64,000 bases of DNA from TPA_inf: Saccharomyces (lineage: Eukaryota): positions 1,216,001-1,280,000 of the forward strand of contig BK006938.2 in NCBI GenBank assembly GCA_000146045.2. Direction: 5' to 3'. Shown here one piece after another: positions 35,874-50,861 of this stretch. The position numbers were made by a program, and so were the translations under genes. The notes under the pieces were generated by a model. It was not told the origin of the DNA, did no database searches, and saw only the letters and a list, made by a program, of their open reading frames with translations. The stretch's first letter is position 1. Every line of letters begins with the position of its first letter.

Positions 35874-36536
35874 TACAAAGCCTACCATATGGGGAAATCA
35901 GTTTTCTCGCTCACCTCGCCTAGTCTTCCTAAAACGACGTTCCTCAGTCTCCTTTCTCTTTTATAAAACACCATCTCTGTCTTGTCGATGACACAGCCCA
36001 GTTGGGAAACCGGTGCTGACAAACAGGAAAAAAGCAAGACTAGTGGCCTGGCGCGGAAGAAACTGAGCTACATTGCACAACATCTTCAAGCAGGGTGTAC
36101 GCATTCATTACTTTAATACTAAATTTAGAAGAAATCATCCTTTTTACTCGCGAAACTGTTAGGCTTGATCGGACGATCTCAGAAGAGGAAAAACAAATTG
36201 ATAAAGTCTTCGTTAGGTTTCCTAGAATAGCAGGCCCGTTACAAAAAATTTTTTTACCCATTCCACTGGTTTTATTCACTAGTGACTTGAAAACTCCACA
36301 TATTTTTGATCTCTTAAGCTTTCACGCATCACAAAGTTATCAGAACAAATTTTCTCCAGAAAGTTATATTGCAGTGTTCAAAAAGCCGTTCTCATTTCAC
36401 AGCAATTTTTTTCTAAAGTAGAGGGGCAGAGAAATTAGCCTTCACAAGTTTGCTTTCGAGCTTCCAATTTGATTCCTGCTTTGGTCTTACTTTCATCCTC
36501 TCAATACCACTAAGATAAACTAAAAATATCTTTATA

Positions 36537-38501
36537 ATGCCAAATAATACTCTTAAACAAGGCTCCAAAATTGAAAATGTTTCTCCCTCTAAAGGTCATG
36601 TCCCAAGTTTTTGGAAGCAGTTCATAAACAACCCTAAGAGTATGTCATCCGAAAATATTACAGTCCCTAGATCACCAACTTCTCTTTCAAGGAATGCTCA
36701 ACCAACTACTTTAAAACGGCCTCCATTATCTTCAAGACCATATTCATATAATACCCCAACCAAAGATAGGAAATCCTTTTCCAAATCCGCGAAACAGAAC
36801 AATAACAATAACAACGCTAATTCCGGAACATCGCCTCACGCAGAGTTCAAAAATTACAGAGATATGTTTTTATCTAATAGAAATGGTTTCACAGGTAGGG
36901 TTTTCGGTGTTACTTTAGCAGAATCGTTGAGCGTCGCCAGTGCAGAGGTCATTGTTCAAAGTGAGTTGGTGAGTTTTGGTCGGATACCCATCGTGGTAGC
37001 CAAGTGCGGCGCATACTTAAAAGCAAATGGATTGGAGACCTCGGGTATATTTCGTATAGCGGGCAATGGTAAAAGAGTAAAAGCCCTTCAATACATATTC
37101 TCGTCGCCACCTGATTATGGTACCAAATTCAACGATTGGGAAACATATACAGTGCACGATGTTGCATCGCTCCTGAGGAGATACCTTAATAATTTGGCCG
37201 AACCACTAATACCTTTATCCCTATATGAACAATTCAGAAACCCGCTACGATCTAGACCAAGAATCCTAAGGCATATGTTGACCCACGAAGTTTCTCATCC
37301 GAATGCGAATAAAACAAATAATGTAACAGTAAAATCAAGTAGACAGAACTATAATGATGATGGTGCTAATGATGGTGACATCGAAAAGGAGGACGCTAAA
37401 GATGATGAAGAAAAAAGACGAAGAAAAATACGTCATAAGAGAAGGCTGACCCGCGATATAAGGGCAGCTATCAAGGAATATGAAGAGCTCTTTGTTACCT
37501 TATCAAATGACACGAAACAGCTAACTATATACCTACTCGATTTACTGAGTCTTTTTGCAAGGCAATCACAGTTTAACCTAATGTCTGGTAGAAACTTGGC
37601 GGCCATCTTCCAACCTTCAATATTATCGCATCCTCAACATGATATGGACCCCAAAGAATACGAGTTATCCCGACTAGTAGTGGAATTTTTGATTGAATAC
37701 TCGTACAAGCTATTACCCCATCTTTTGAAGTTGGCTAAAAGGGAACAACAGGAACGGTTGTCAACCGAAAATAAGAAAAATAATGGAGATAAACAGAAAA
37801 CTGATCCTATAGAAATACCAAAGATCACCTCATCGGATTCGCCACCAATAGTTTCTTCCAATAAAAACCCACCGGCGATTGACAATAACAATAAACTAGA
37901 CCATACGACGTTATCGCCAATATCTACTTCGATACCGGAGAACTCATCAGACCTACAGACTTCAAAAATGTTAAAGCCTCCGAAGCAAAGAAGACCACAC
38001 TCAAAATCGTTTGGTTCTACTCCGGTTCCTCCGGATGTTATTGCTAGTAATAAAAGAAGAACGAGTTTATTCCCGTGGTTACATAAACCGGGAATTTTGA
38101 GTGACACAGGAGACAATGGCGACTTAACTGCTACTGAAGCTGAAGGTGATGATTATGAAGAAGAAAATGTTGATCCATACGGTCAGTCTCCATCTAGCGT
38201 ACACTCAGGTTCTTTGCCCAAACAGCATTATCTGCCAATTCCTCGAATGAACAGATCGTTGAGTGGAAACAGTACCAATTCGTCCTTTAACACTAGACCT
38301 ATTTCAATGATCCTGACCAGTGGTAATGATAATTCCGCTGATCAATTAGAATTACTAAGTAACACTCATAGCAATAATGAGCGCAGTAATGCTTTACCAT
38401 TAACCGAAGATGATGGGGATGAAAGAAATTCAAGATCACGCAAGAGGGAATCATGGTTTCAAAGACTAACAAGCCGTTCAGGCTCTGCTAACAGGGCTTG
38501 A
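36537..38501 (+). CDS. SAC7: SAC7 (YDR389W) Rho1 GTPase-activating protein, 654 aa
   Basis: RhoGAP domain ([12 protein letters not shown]); Asn- and Ser-rich low-complexity tails. Confidence 0.85.
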
Positions 38502-38936
38502 TAACACCATTTTTCTTTCCTTTTAATTTCCTCATTTTTTTTTTTTTCGTTATTTCCCTTAAAAACCTGTTGGCGGTTTTCTTTCTTTTTCTTTGCCTTC
38601 TGTATAAATAACAAATAAACATCATTCCCCTTTCAAGATTTATAACCATAAAGGGAACATATATAACATAAATCATGAAGAGGACAAATTACGGACAATT
38701 ATTCTGTAGCGATGCTAATCAGTATAAAATAAAAGAATAAAAATTCTTAAGTTGTTAATATGCCAGAGAAATGTTACAGCTTGTAACTCTTCAATAATGA
38801 ATTTCTATGTTATATGACTGGCTGTTTCATATAAGCTATAACAGGGATCATGATCATTAAGCATTTTCTCTGCAACATTTATGTCGTACACTGCGAACCA
38901 CGATTAAATAAATATATAGATACCTTTTCTTATTTA

Positions 38937-40847
38937 TTAGTCTAATTCAACAATATCAGAATTAGTCGGTTCATTAACTAACTTTGTCCTTTTGTTACTG
39001 GGCGCCTCAGAAATCTCAGTATCAACTGGCCTCTTCTTTGAACCATTGATCGGTTCAGCATCGATGGTGATCTCACCTTCATCGTCGTCTAATATCACGA
39101 TACCATCTTTCCCATGACTGTTCGTAGTTGCGACTACATCTGCACCCTTTTCATTTTTTTCTTCTTCTTCATTTTTTGAAGGACTATTGTTGGCCTTTAT
39201 TAATGGGACTTCAACGTCCGGTAAGCTGCAAGTATTACATGGGAGTTCATCATCAACATCAAGAAATAATTCTATGGCTTTGCGGATCATTGTATCACCT
39301 TCTTCGTCGGAGAATAATATTATAGAACCATTTCCAAGATTAATCTCCGATAAAGTACGATCGTTCAAATCCTCGAAATCGTAATCAAATAGTAACCTTT
39401 GATTACTTGCGTCCAGGAGCGAAATATCCTGTGGATATGAGTACTTCTCGCGTATTAAAACTACAAAATCACTTAGTTTCATTTTGTTCAAACAATCGCT
39501 GGATAACTTAATAACACCTCTACAAACTTTAGAGCAAACTGGGCAATTTTTATTTGGAGGGGCTAGTTTCGGATTTGATAAATAACGATTTTGGGATAGA
39601 TTGCTTGCCTTTGCTGTGAAAGCCATATTCAAATCAGTATACTTAGTAGTTGGGGCATATTTCAAAAGATTTAAAACGCGCAGTGAAATCAATGACGATG
39701 CACCGGCAACGATAGCATTCGTTGTTGCAATAGCCGGGATAATGTTACCAGCAATTTGCTTGATGTCAAATACGGACTTCATTGGAATATTGAATATGTG
39801 TGACCTTATGTTCGCAGCAGTTGCGACGAATTCCAAAGTATCAGCATCATCTTTATCAAATTCAATATGATTTTGCTCTTTGGGATAGCGATCCATTAAT
39901 TTTTGTGTAATATTAATGAAATTACTAATTTGCTCCTGTATTGTGCCAACAGAATTAGAGGCAGACTGAGCTGTTTTAGTAGGAGTATTTATTTGAGAGT
40001 CTGATAATGGTACTGGCTTTGTTCTCGTTTTCCATAAATTTTCAATGGCTAGCAGTTTATTTATATCCTGAATGAATAATTTATTAAGAATCTCTGGAAT
40101 ACGGGATGCATCTCTTGATATGATAATTTTTTGCAATTCATACAATTCATTAGTTTCTTGTTTAATGCGCTTAATTTCTTCAGCATCATCTGTACCCCAA
40201 TCCTGGTTGTTATCATCTTCATTTCCAGAGGTCTCTGACGCAAATAGCTGGTTAAATAGAAAGTTTTTCGCCCAAACAATGCAATGAATTGGCTGAGAAG
40301 GAGTGGACCTGATAGTACACACAGGAAAAGTCTTTGGTGTTTCCTTCTTTGTACATTCAAAACACTCAGTTTTCCCGGGGATAATAGGCTGCATGTATCC
40401 ATCAAATCCAGCTGTTCCAGATTCTATTAAGGGCAGTGATAGAAACTGTGATATTTTATTGACATACCGTCTTGCGGCCAAGTTATCAAGAGCATTGAAG
40501 ATAATGTCAAATTGCTCAAACCAATGCAGTGGGAAGGTAGAAATGTCCATAACATTTCCTTGGTAAGGCACTAACTTAGAGTTATTGAAATGCTGTACTG
40601 CTTTTACGGCTGTGGTAGACTTCGGTTGTTTAATATCTTTTTGTCTAAAAAGAAATTGCCTGTTTAAGTTCGAAAGGTCAATGGTGTCCAAATCGACAAT
40701 ATGTATTTCACCAAATTCCATCAAGATTATATCCTTTAACAATTCAGACCCTATGCCCCCAGCACCGACCAGAAGACATCTTGAGGACCGTAATTTCTTG
40801 TAACTATCTTCACCGATGATTGTTACCAAACTTGTTTCCCTTGGCAT
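38937..40847 (-). CDS. UBA2: UBA2 (YDR390C) SUMO E1 catalytic subunit, 636 aa
   Basis: ThiF/MoeB fold (LLVGAGGIGSELLKDI) and the catalytic-Cys region (PVCTIRSTP). The first ATG at complement(40845..40847) gives MPRETSLVTI. Confidence 0.9.
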   Translation of the reverse strand: MPRETSLVTIIGEDSYKKLRSSRCLLVGAGGIGSELLKDIILMEFGEIHIVDLDTIDLSNLNRQFLFRQKDIKQPKSTTAVKAVQHFNNSKLVPYQGNVMDISTFPLHWFEQFDIIFNALDNLAARRYVNKISQFLSLPLIESGTAGFDGYMQPIIPGKTECFECTKKETPKTFPVCTIRSTPSQPIHCIVWAKNFLFNQLFASETSGNEDDNNQDWGTDDAEEIKRIKQETNELYELQKIIISRDASRIPEILNKLFIQDINKLLAIENLWKTRTKPVPLSDSQINTPTKTAQSASNSVGTIQEQISNFINITQKLMDRYPKEQNHIEFDKDDADTLEFVATAANIRSHIFNIPMKSVFDIKQIAGNIIPAIATTNAIVAGASSLISLRVLNLLKYAPTTKYTDLNMAFTAKASNLSQNRYLSNPKLAPPNKNCPVCSKVCRGVIKLSSDCLNKMKLSDFVVLIREKYSYPQDISLLDASNQRLLFDYDFEDLNDRTLSEINLGNGSIILFSDEEGDTMIRKAIELFLDVDDELPCNTCSLPDVEVPLIKANNSPSKNEEEEKNEKGADVVATTNSHGKDGIVILDDDEGEITIDAEPINGSKKRPVDTEISEAPSNKRTKLVNEPTNSDIVELD

Positions 40848-41001
40848 TTTCTTTTCTTGTTTGGCGTAGCGCTCCTGATCTTGTGTGTCTGTTGAAGTAC
40901 GCAATTAGTGGATTGCTCATCCAAATATCTTGATTTAGCGTAAACATACTTCGCCTTTGAAAAACTTTAACTTGAAAATAGAGTATAAAAAAAAATTGCA
41001 C

Positions 41002-41007
41002 AAAAAA
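41002..41007 (-). terminator. Pol III terminator T6 immediately 3' of the tRNA
   Basis: aaaaaa on the + strand reads as TTTTTT on the tRNA strand, directly after the discriminator base. Confidence 0.8.
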
Positions 41008-41079
41008 TGCGGAAGCCGGGAATCGAACCCGGGCCCCATGCTTGGGAAGCATGAATTCTAACCACTGAACCACTTTCGC
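41008..41079 (-). tRNA. tRNA-Gly, anticodon CCC, 72 nt
   Basis: Reverse-complement GCGAAAGTGGTTCAGTGGTTAGAATTCATGCTTCCCAAGCATGGGGCCCGGGTTCGATTCCCGGCTTCCGCA folds as a cloverleaf. The anticodon loop TTCCCAA gives anticodon CCC, and the T-loop is GTTCGATTC. The tRNA sits where SGD places a Gly tRNA between UBA2 and YDR391C. Confidence 0.85.
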
Positions 41080-41357
41080 TAAGAAGATCTAGCTTACATA
41101 GGTTTTGTGGTAATATAAATTCTTGAGACCGTAACCGCGCAAAGAAATACCTAAAATAGTAATTGCTAACTACATCTAAAAACAGACTGAAGCTCACTAG
41201 ATATGAGACTTTTCTCACATCTTCAAAATAAAGAAAACAATAGCAGGCGAAATTTTTTTGAACCTGGTTATACAGTGCATGCTCCAAAATGTCGTCTTTA
41301 AACACTACTTTTTATTCTAAATAATTACTTGAAGGGGGGAAAGAAAAAGCTCAAAAA

Positions 41358-42056
41358 CTACTCTTTTAAGACTTTATTACCGTCCTTATGATATATCATT
41401 AAATAGGCTGTGAACCCTTCACCATTCGGATCGCAATTGCCGTTAGAGTCGACCTCACACTCACCGTATTTGAACGTCATGTAATTTCTAAATCCAAAAT
41501 ATTCGTACACAGATTTAGCATGCTCGGCAATAGCTTCAAGGACAATGGCGCAATTTTCTTCGTCTGCTCTCCTTTTGTACTCTTCAAAAATAGTCCTTAC
41601 AGAACCTCTGATTCCTTTCTCATTTAAGTTCTTACCAATACAGAAAAGATAGTAGTAATTGATGCCATTTGGAATGACTTGCTTTACGCGAGCATTTAAA
41701 TCGTCAATAAAGTCCTTGTTGAACTTTGCATCATTACTCCTTGCCTTCGGAACGTGAGGTGGAAGACTCCACACTGCAACAGCATCGAAAGTATTAACTT
41801 CGGAGATCTCACCATAAGGTGAATCCAGGAATGGCGATATGATATCGGTGGTTATTGTCCTTGTAGGCACCTTCTCAGCTAGAGGAATATTTAAGATTTT
41901 CTTGCAGATAAAATGAAACGCTGGCGAGTTACTAAAAGCAATAGACAAAGTCTCTGCTGCTCTTCTGGCATCCGTAGTCTTGTTCAGGGTACAGACCATA
42001 TGGCCCTTAGCATCGTTGTTTTCTAATGGAGTTGGCAGTTTGTTCTCGAAGGACAT
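41358..42056 (-). CDS. YDR391C, uncharacterised 232-aa protein
   Basis: 232-aa ORF with ATG at complement(42054..42056); location matches YDR391C. Confidence 0.75.
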   Translation of the reverse strand: MSFENKLPTPLENNDAKGHMVCTLNKTTDARRAAETLSIAFSNSPAFHFICKKILNIPLAEKVPTRTITTDIISPFLDSPYGEISEVNTFDAVAVWSLPPHVPKARSNDAKFNKDFIDDLNARVKQVIPNGINYYYLFCIGKNLNEKGIRGSVRTIFEEYKRRADEENCAIVLEAIAEHAKSVYEYFGFRNYMTFKYGECEVDSNGNCDPNGEGFTAYLMIYHKDGNKVLKE

Positions 42057-42695
42057 GATGTTCGGTTACATGTCTTAGAATTATTTTCTCGAGATTAGTG
42101 AGTGACTTGGCATAATATCAGGTACAATAACTGTTATATATACGCCGGCGGCATTTCATTTTTTTCACTTATCTCAGCCCCTGGGACTCTGATGCCGTTC
42201 ACACCAACGTCTGCTGTGATTTGGAGTGAAATATCTGGATACTAATAGAAATATTACGATAAAAAAGAGTTATCTACAGTTTGCTGCATTATTTTTGCGT
42301 TATCGGTCAATCAACTTTAAGAGATCACCGTACATTTCCGGCAGCATTAGCGGGCGTCTCTTAGTTTCTTTGCAATACAGTAGGAACTCCAATTTTTTGT
42401 TCGTCTCCTCGCTACATTCAGATTCAACTGCAATCTCGAAAACAAGTTTTTTATGCCGCCAAAATAGGTATACATTGCGTTCAATGCATTCTCATTCATC
42501 TCTATCGCAAGAACGTCTTGTTCAAAGCTGCCCTTTCTTGAGGCTTCAAGCGCAGCGCACAGAAAAGAAGAAAATCCGAACCATGTAATATAGATCGGCG
42601 GAAACGAAAAGTAAAAAGTAAGGTTGAAGACACTCTGAACCCGGGGAAGAGTGCATACAAGGTACCGTGCCAAAATTCAAGAGATTAGGGCAGGA

Positions 42696-43709
42696 ATGAT
42701 GGACAAGCATAAGTATCGTGTGGAGATTCAACAGATGATGTTTGTCTCTGGTGAAATTAACGACCCACCCGTAGAAACCACATCACTGATAGAAGATATA
42801 GTGAGGGGTCAAGTGATAGAAATTCTTTTACAGTCAAACAAAACGGCGCATCTTAGGGGAAGTAGGAGCATTCTCCCTGAAGACGTCATTTTCTTGATCA
42901 GACACGACAAGGCCAAAGTCAATCGTTTGAGAACATATCTGTCATGGAAGGATTTGCGTAAAAACGCCAAGGACCAAGATGCTAGTGCCGGTGTAGCGAG
43001 TGGCACTGGAAATCCTGGGGCAGGTGGTGAAGATGATTTGAAAAAAGCAGGTGGTGGCGAGAAAGACGAAAAAGATGGTGGAAACATGATGAAGGTCAAG
43101 AAATCCCAAATTAAGCTGCCATGGGAATTGCAGTTTATGTTCAATGAACATCCTTTAGAAAATAATGACGACAATGATGATATGGATGAGGATGAACGAG
43201 AAGCTAATATAGTCACTTTGAAAAGGCTGAAAATGGCTGACGATAGAACACGAAACATGACTAAAGAGGAGTACGTGCATTGGTCCGATTGTCGACAGGC
43301 AAGTTTTACATTTAGGAAGAATAAAAGGTTCAAGGACTGGTCTGGAATTTCGCAATTAACTGAGGGGAAACCCCATGATGATGTGATTGATATACTGGGG
43401 TTTCTAACTTTTGAGATTGTCTGTTCTTTGACGGAAACAGCTCTGAAAATCAAACAAAGAGAACAGGTATTACAGACTCAAAAGGACAAATCCCAGCAAT
43501 CTAGCCAAGATAATACTAACTTTGAATTTGCATCATCCACATTACATAGAAAGAAAAGATTATTTGATGGACCTGAAAATGTTATAAACCCGCTCAAACC
43601 AAGGCATATAGAGGAAGCCTGGAGAGTACTACAAACAATTGACATGAGGCATAGGGCTTTGACCAACTTTAAAGGTGGTAGACTCAGTTCTAAACCAATT
43701 ATCATGTAA
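42696..43709 (+). CDS. SPT3: SPT3 (YDR392W) SAGA subunit, TBP-interacting, 337 aa
   Basis: The first ATG at 42696 gives MMDKHKYRVEIQQMMF; histone-fold halves recognised. Confidence 0.9.
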   Translation: MMDKHKYRVEIQQMMFVSGEINDPPVETTSLIEDIVRGQVIEILLQSNKTAHLRGSRSILPEDVIFLIRHDKAKVNRLRTYLSWKDLRKNAKDQDASAGVASGTGNPGAGGEDDLKKAGGGEKDEKDGGNMMKVKKSQIKLPWELQFMFNEHPLENNDDNDDMDEDEREANIVTLKRLKMADDRTRNMTKEEYVHWSDCRQASFTFRKNKRFKDWSGISQLTEGKPHDDVIDILGFLTFEIVCSLTETALKIKQREQVLQTQKDKSQQSSQDNTNFEFASSTLHRKKRLFDGPENVINPLKPRHIEEAWRVLQTIDMRHRALTNFKGGRLSSKPIIM

Positions 43710-43900
43710 ATTTTTGTATAATTTCATCATGGAGGTGCATGGGTTTCCTTCTGGTATGATAAATGTGAGCCAAATGAATTGAAAAATACAAATAAAGATT
43801 ATGTACGTAGATACGCGTTATAAAGAGGACTATCTGATCATTGGGGTCTTTTTCGTTGTGAAATTGTAACGGGTGAACTCAGTGATTAAAAAATTGCGTG

Positions 43901-45271
43901 ATGTTGAGATACTATGGGGCGACAAGAAACTTACCCTTAGTATTCAGCATTAACAAATTAATGTTGAGGGCGTCATCTTTCACCAGGCCATTTCATTATA
44001 GTTCATATTCTCTACAGAACGGTGATACTCCTGATAAAGGCAGCACTAATAAAAATGAAATACGGACACCTAATAACGCTGTTTGGAAAGAAAATATAGA
44101 ACTTCAATGGCAGCACTTGAAAAAGAAATTAAATGAATTGTATTCTAGGTTTAACTTCCACCGAGATCAATTATCCTTTCAAGTTAACAAGGCCAAAAAA
44201 TCAATTCAAGAGGCAAACAGGAAGTTGTCTGAGCAAGAGAATGAAATCAACGATTCCCGTTTAAACTATAATAAAGATGAATTGACCAGTGCGAAAATTG
44301 AAGGATTGCCCTCCGAAAGGGAACAACATAGAAAAAAATGGTCTAGAAAGTTAGAGTTTTATTTTGACTCATTACAGGAGACGTTATTTACTGCCACACG
44401 TGCTTTAAATGATGTGACCGGTTATTCTGGAATTCAAAAGCTCAAATCTAGCATCAGTCTAATGGAAAAAAAATTAGAAGCTACAAAGAAAGAACACAAA
44501 CTGTTTAAGGCACAGTACGCTAACGCCATTGATGAACGTGCTCAATCCCAAAGAGAAGTTAACGAATTATTGCAAAGGCAAAGCGCGTGGTCTTCGAGCG
44601 ATTTAGAGAGATTTACGCAGCTATACAAAAATGACGCCTTGAATGCTAGACAGGAGCAAGAACTAAAAAACAAGGTTAAAGAAATTGAAAGCAAAGAAGA
44701 ACAACTAAATGACGACTTGTATAGAGCAATTTTGACCAGGTACCATGAGGAACAAATATGGTCAGACAAAATCCGAAGAACATCCACCTGGGGTACATTC
44801 ATCTTAATGGGTATGAATATATTCTTGTTTATTGTCCTACAATTACTATTAGAACCTTGGAAACGGAAAAGGTTAGTAGGATCGTTTGAAGACAAAGTCA
44901 AAAGCGCTCTCAACGAATATGCCAAGGAGCAGAATATGAAGATGGATAAATTGTTACCTGGAAAATCATCGGAAGTAACAGACCAAGGCAACACAGAAAA
45001 CTCGATCGTTGAAGAGCACATAGAACAGAGAGGTGAATGTAAAATTAATACGGCGGAAATCGACAGGCCTGAAGTTGCAACGGCTGAGACCACTACAACA
45101 GAAATGAAATCCTTCAGAGATATTTGGGAACGAATAAAGGCACTTTTTGTCACACTAAAAAGCATACAATATAGGAAACTTGACGCTCCCCTAGTCTTTG
45201 ACACCTTAGAGTTCTACTTATACTCAATTTCTTTAGTGAGTATGACAATCTTGGTATCCGGGCTGATATGA
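43901..45271 (+). CDS. SHE9: SHE9 (YDR393W) mitochondrial inner-membrane protein, 456 aa
   Basis: The ATG at 43901 gives [13 protein letters not shown] (a presequence-like start); coiled coils and a C-terminal transmembrane segment. Confidence 0.85.
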   Translation: MLRYYGATRNLPLVFSINKLMLRASSFTRPFHYSSYSLQNGDTPDKGSTNKNEIRTPNNAVWKENIELQWQHLKKKLNELYSRFNFHRDQLSFQVNKAKKSIQEANRKLSEQENEINDSRLNYNKDELTSAKIEGLPSEREQHRKKWSRKLEFYFDSLQETLFTATRALNDVTGYSGIQKLKSSISLMEKKLEATKKEHKLFKAQYANAIDERAQSQREVNELLQRQSAWSSSDLERFTQLYKNDALNARQEQELKNKVKEIESKEEQLNDDLYRAILTRYHEEQIWSDKIRRTSTWGTFILMGMNIFLFIVLQLLLEPWKRKRLVGSFEDKVKSALNEYAKEQNMKMDKLLPGKSSEVTDQGNTENSIVEEHIEQRGECKINTAEIDRPEVATAETTTTEMKSFRDIWERIKALFVTLKSIQYRKLDAPLVFDTLEFYLYSISLVSMTILVSGLI

Positions 45272-45504
45272 CATGATATACTGCGCAAGAATATCGTTAA
45301 AAAAACACGCATGCATTTTTTTCATCCTTTATCCTTGTACATAATAAAATCATAAATACACAGTAAATAGCACGTTTTGGTTTCAATATCCTTAACCTTA
45401 CCTAGCTAATGTTTAGCTGGTGTAATCCATTATAATCAAAATTTCTCTAATGTTTGGCTCTTCGTAGCGCGCGATGTGCCCTTTCATATTTTTCCTGAAA
45501 GTAA

Positions 45505-45513
45505 GGTGGCAAA
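45505..45513 (+). promoter_or_regulatory. PACE element GGTGGCAAA (Rpn4 site) about 170 bp upstream of RPT3
   Basis: Exact 9-mer GGTGGCAAA in the RPT3 promoter. Confidence 0.6.
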
Positions 45514-45680
45514 ATAGTAAATCTGCAGTAATTGGGTATAGCCATGAATATAGGAAGTAATAGGGCTCAGATTCTCAGTGTGTGGACAAACCAATTCTGC
45601 CTATTTCCTTTCACTCATAAGTTATACAAGAGGCAATCGGATAAAATTCAAGTATTTATAAAGTAAAAACCACAACAAGA

Positions 45681-46967
45681 ATGGAGGAACTAGGTATTGT
45701 GACACCTGTCGAAAAGGCAGTCGAAGAAAAACCAGCCGTCAAATCATACGCATCATTGTTGGCTCAACTCAATGGTACAGTCAACAATAACAGTGCCCTG
45801 TCTAATGTGAATTCTGATATATATTTCAAATTGAAGAAATTAGAAAAAGAGTATGAACTGCTGACTTTGCAAGAAGACTATATTAAGGACGAACAACGCC
45901 ATTTGAAACGTGAATTGAAGAGAGCTCAAGAAGAAGTAAAGAGAATCCAGTCGGTTCCATTAGTTATCGGGCAATTCTTAGAACCTATTGATCAGAACAC
46001 AGGTATTGTTTCTAGTACCACAGGTATGAGTTATGTCGTTAGAATATTATCAACCCTAGACCGTGAACTATTAAAGCCATCTATGTCTGTAGCTTTACAT
46101 CGTCATTCAAATGCTTTAGTTGACATCCTACCACCTGATTCCGACTCTAGCATATCCGTAATGGGCGAAAACGAAAAACCTGACGTCACTTATGCAGATG
46201 TTGGTGGGTTAGATATGCAAAAGCAAGAAATCAGGGAAGCCGTAGAGCTGCCATTAGTTCAGGCTGATCTATACGAGCAAATCGGTATTGACCCTCCTAG
46301 GGGTGTTCTATTATATGGTCCACCAGGTACCGGTAAGACGATGCTTGTTAAAGCCGTCGCCAATAGTACAAAAGCTGCATTCATAAGAGTTAATGGCTCC
46401 GAATTTGTTCACAAATATCTTGGTGAAGGTCCAAGAATGGTTCGTGACGTCTTTAGACTCGCCAGGGAAAATGCTCCATCCATTATATTCATAGATGAGG
46501 TAGATTCCATTGCCACAAAGCGTTTTGATGCTCAAACGGGTTCCGATCGTGAAGTACAGCGTATCCTGATTGAGTTGTTGACACAAATGGATGGTTTCGA
46601 TCAATCCACCAACGTTAAAGTCATCATGGCTACAAACAGGGCAGACACATTGGACCCAGCTTTGCTGAGACCAGGCAGATTAGATAGAAAGATTGAGTTT
46701 CCCTCACTTCGTGATAGGCGTGAACGTCGTTTGATTTTCGGTACCATTGCCAGTAAGATGTCCCTTGCCCCAGAAGCGGACTTAGACTCGCTTATTATTC
46801 GTAACGACTCTCTATCAGGTGCTGTTATTGCAGCGATCATGCAGGAAGCTGGTTTAAGAGCAGTGAGGAAAAACAGATATGTCATCTTACAAAGCGATCT
46901 GGAAGAAGCTTACGCCACTCAAGTCAAGACAGATAATACCGTCGATAAATTCGACTTCTACAAATGA
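45681..46967 (+). CDS. RPT3: RPT3 (YDR394W) 26S proteasome regulatory ATPase, 428 aa
   Basis: AAA ATPase with Walker A GPPGTGKT and Walker B IIFIDEVD, and an N-terminal coiled coil. Confidence 0.9.
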
Positions 46968-47272
46968 TTACCATATATGCTTCAACGTAGGTCTACATAA
47001 AGTATTACGTACATTTCTATCTAGACAACACTAAATGAAATAAATACAGACGCCACTTTTTTATCACGTTTCTTAGCGTTATTCCGCGCGCAACCGGACG
47101 TCGCTAGCCAAGTTTTTCACTTTTTTTTTTCTGTGATATTTTTTTTTCCAAATGAGATGGTAAGATGAGTACCTATCAACAAGTATCTCAATCAATAAAG
47201 TACAACCAAAATATCAAGTACGCAGTCTCTGCTTCATCCCAGTGTAGATTTGCTATTCGATTTGTGTCATAA

Positions 47273-50158
<2,886 letters not shown>

Positions 50159-50294
50159 GGAGAACACAAAAAAAATAGTGGAATGTGATAGTTTGAAATA
50201 AGGATATTAGTTTATACTCTAATATACAAATATAAAAGTTGTTTCTTTTTCGTTCTTTTTTTTTTTTGGACTTGTCTTCGTTTTTATTACATAC

Positions 50295-50795
50295 ATGCAT
50301 GCGCTTAACATATTCCCATGTGGTTTATTTTCGTATATAGCATTACTTTGTTTAGAAGCTTCTATTCAAGAAGAATCCTCCGACTTAACCGGATCAGATA
50401 CACTATTGTGGTGTAATCTGGACCTTGACTGTCTAAACAACTCCTCTTGTTGTCGTAGCAGCTCTTCTTCCGAGAGACCTGACTTCTTGAACTTGGAATC
50501 CCTAGTTTCTTTCACCTTCTGGGAACCCTTAAAATTCAATAATATTTCCTCTAAGAATGGTATAAACTCATTATACTCCAACTCTTCTAGCGCTTTGATC
50601 ACGTGCTCGGGCGCTATGGTTTTCTTAGCCTCGTTGTCCGCCATTTCGGAAGCCATCGAGGACAGGATCATTATGAATTCTATGCCGGAGTTGATGATGA
50701 TTTCTCTTGCATCCTTGGTAAACATCAAATCCTGGTCCAGTATTTCAGATATCATCTTTTGTACGGTCGCTAAGATCATTCAGTGTTTTCTCTAA
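50295..50795 (+). other. YDR396W, dubious ORF antisense to NCB2 (166 codons)
   Basis: Wholly overlaps NCB2 exon 2 on the opposite strand and has a low-complexity, Ser/Cys-rich translation. Confidence 0.3.
50366..50769 (-). CDS. NCB2: NCB2 (YDR397C) exon 2; NC2-beta/Dr1 histone-fold repressor
   Basis: After TACTAAC at complement(50796..50802), the 3' splice site AG at complement(50770..50771) joins in frame to ...ATVQKMISEILDQ. Confidence 0.85.
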
Positions 50796-50861
50796 GTTAG
50801 TATAACCGCTCAGTACCCGCATCAAAGCTTGAGTTTTGCAACAACAATATAACTAACATAC

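Noticed and set aside
37634-38116. 160-aa minus-strand ORF inside SAC7
   Set aside because: It is antisense to a low-complexity Asn/Ser-rich coding region and has no start context or domain.
41080-41350. Ty LTR (delta, sigma or tau) remnant upstream of the tRNA
   Set aside because: No TGTTG...CAACA-bounded element or recognisable LTR sequence was found.
42226-42673. 120-aa (+) and 108-aa (-) ORFs between YDR391C and SPT3
   Set aside because: The translations are low complexity, the two ORFs overlap each other, and the region is better explained as the divergent promoter. A GGCGGC URS1-like core at about 42147 was noted but is too degenerate to call.
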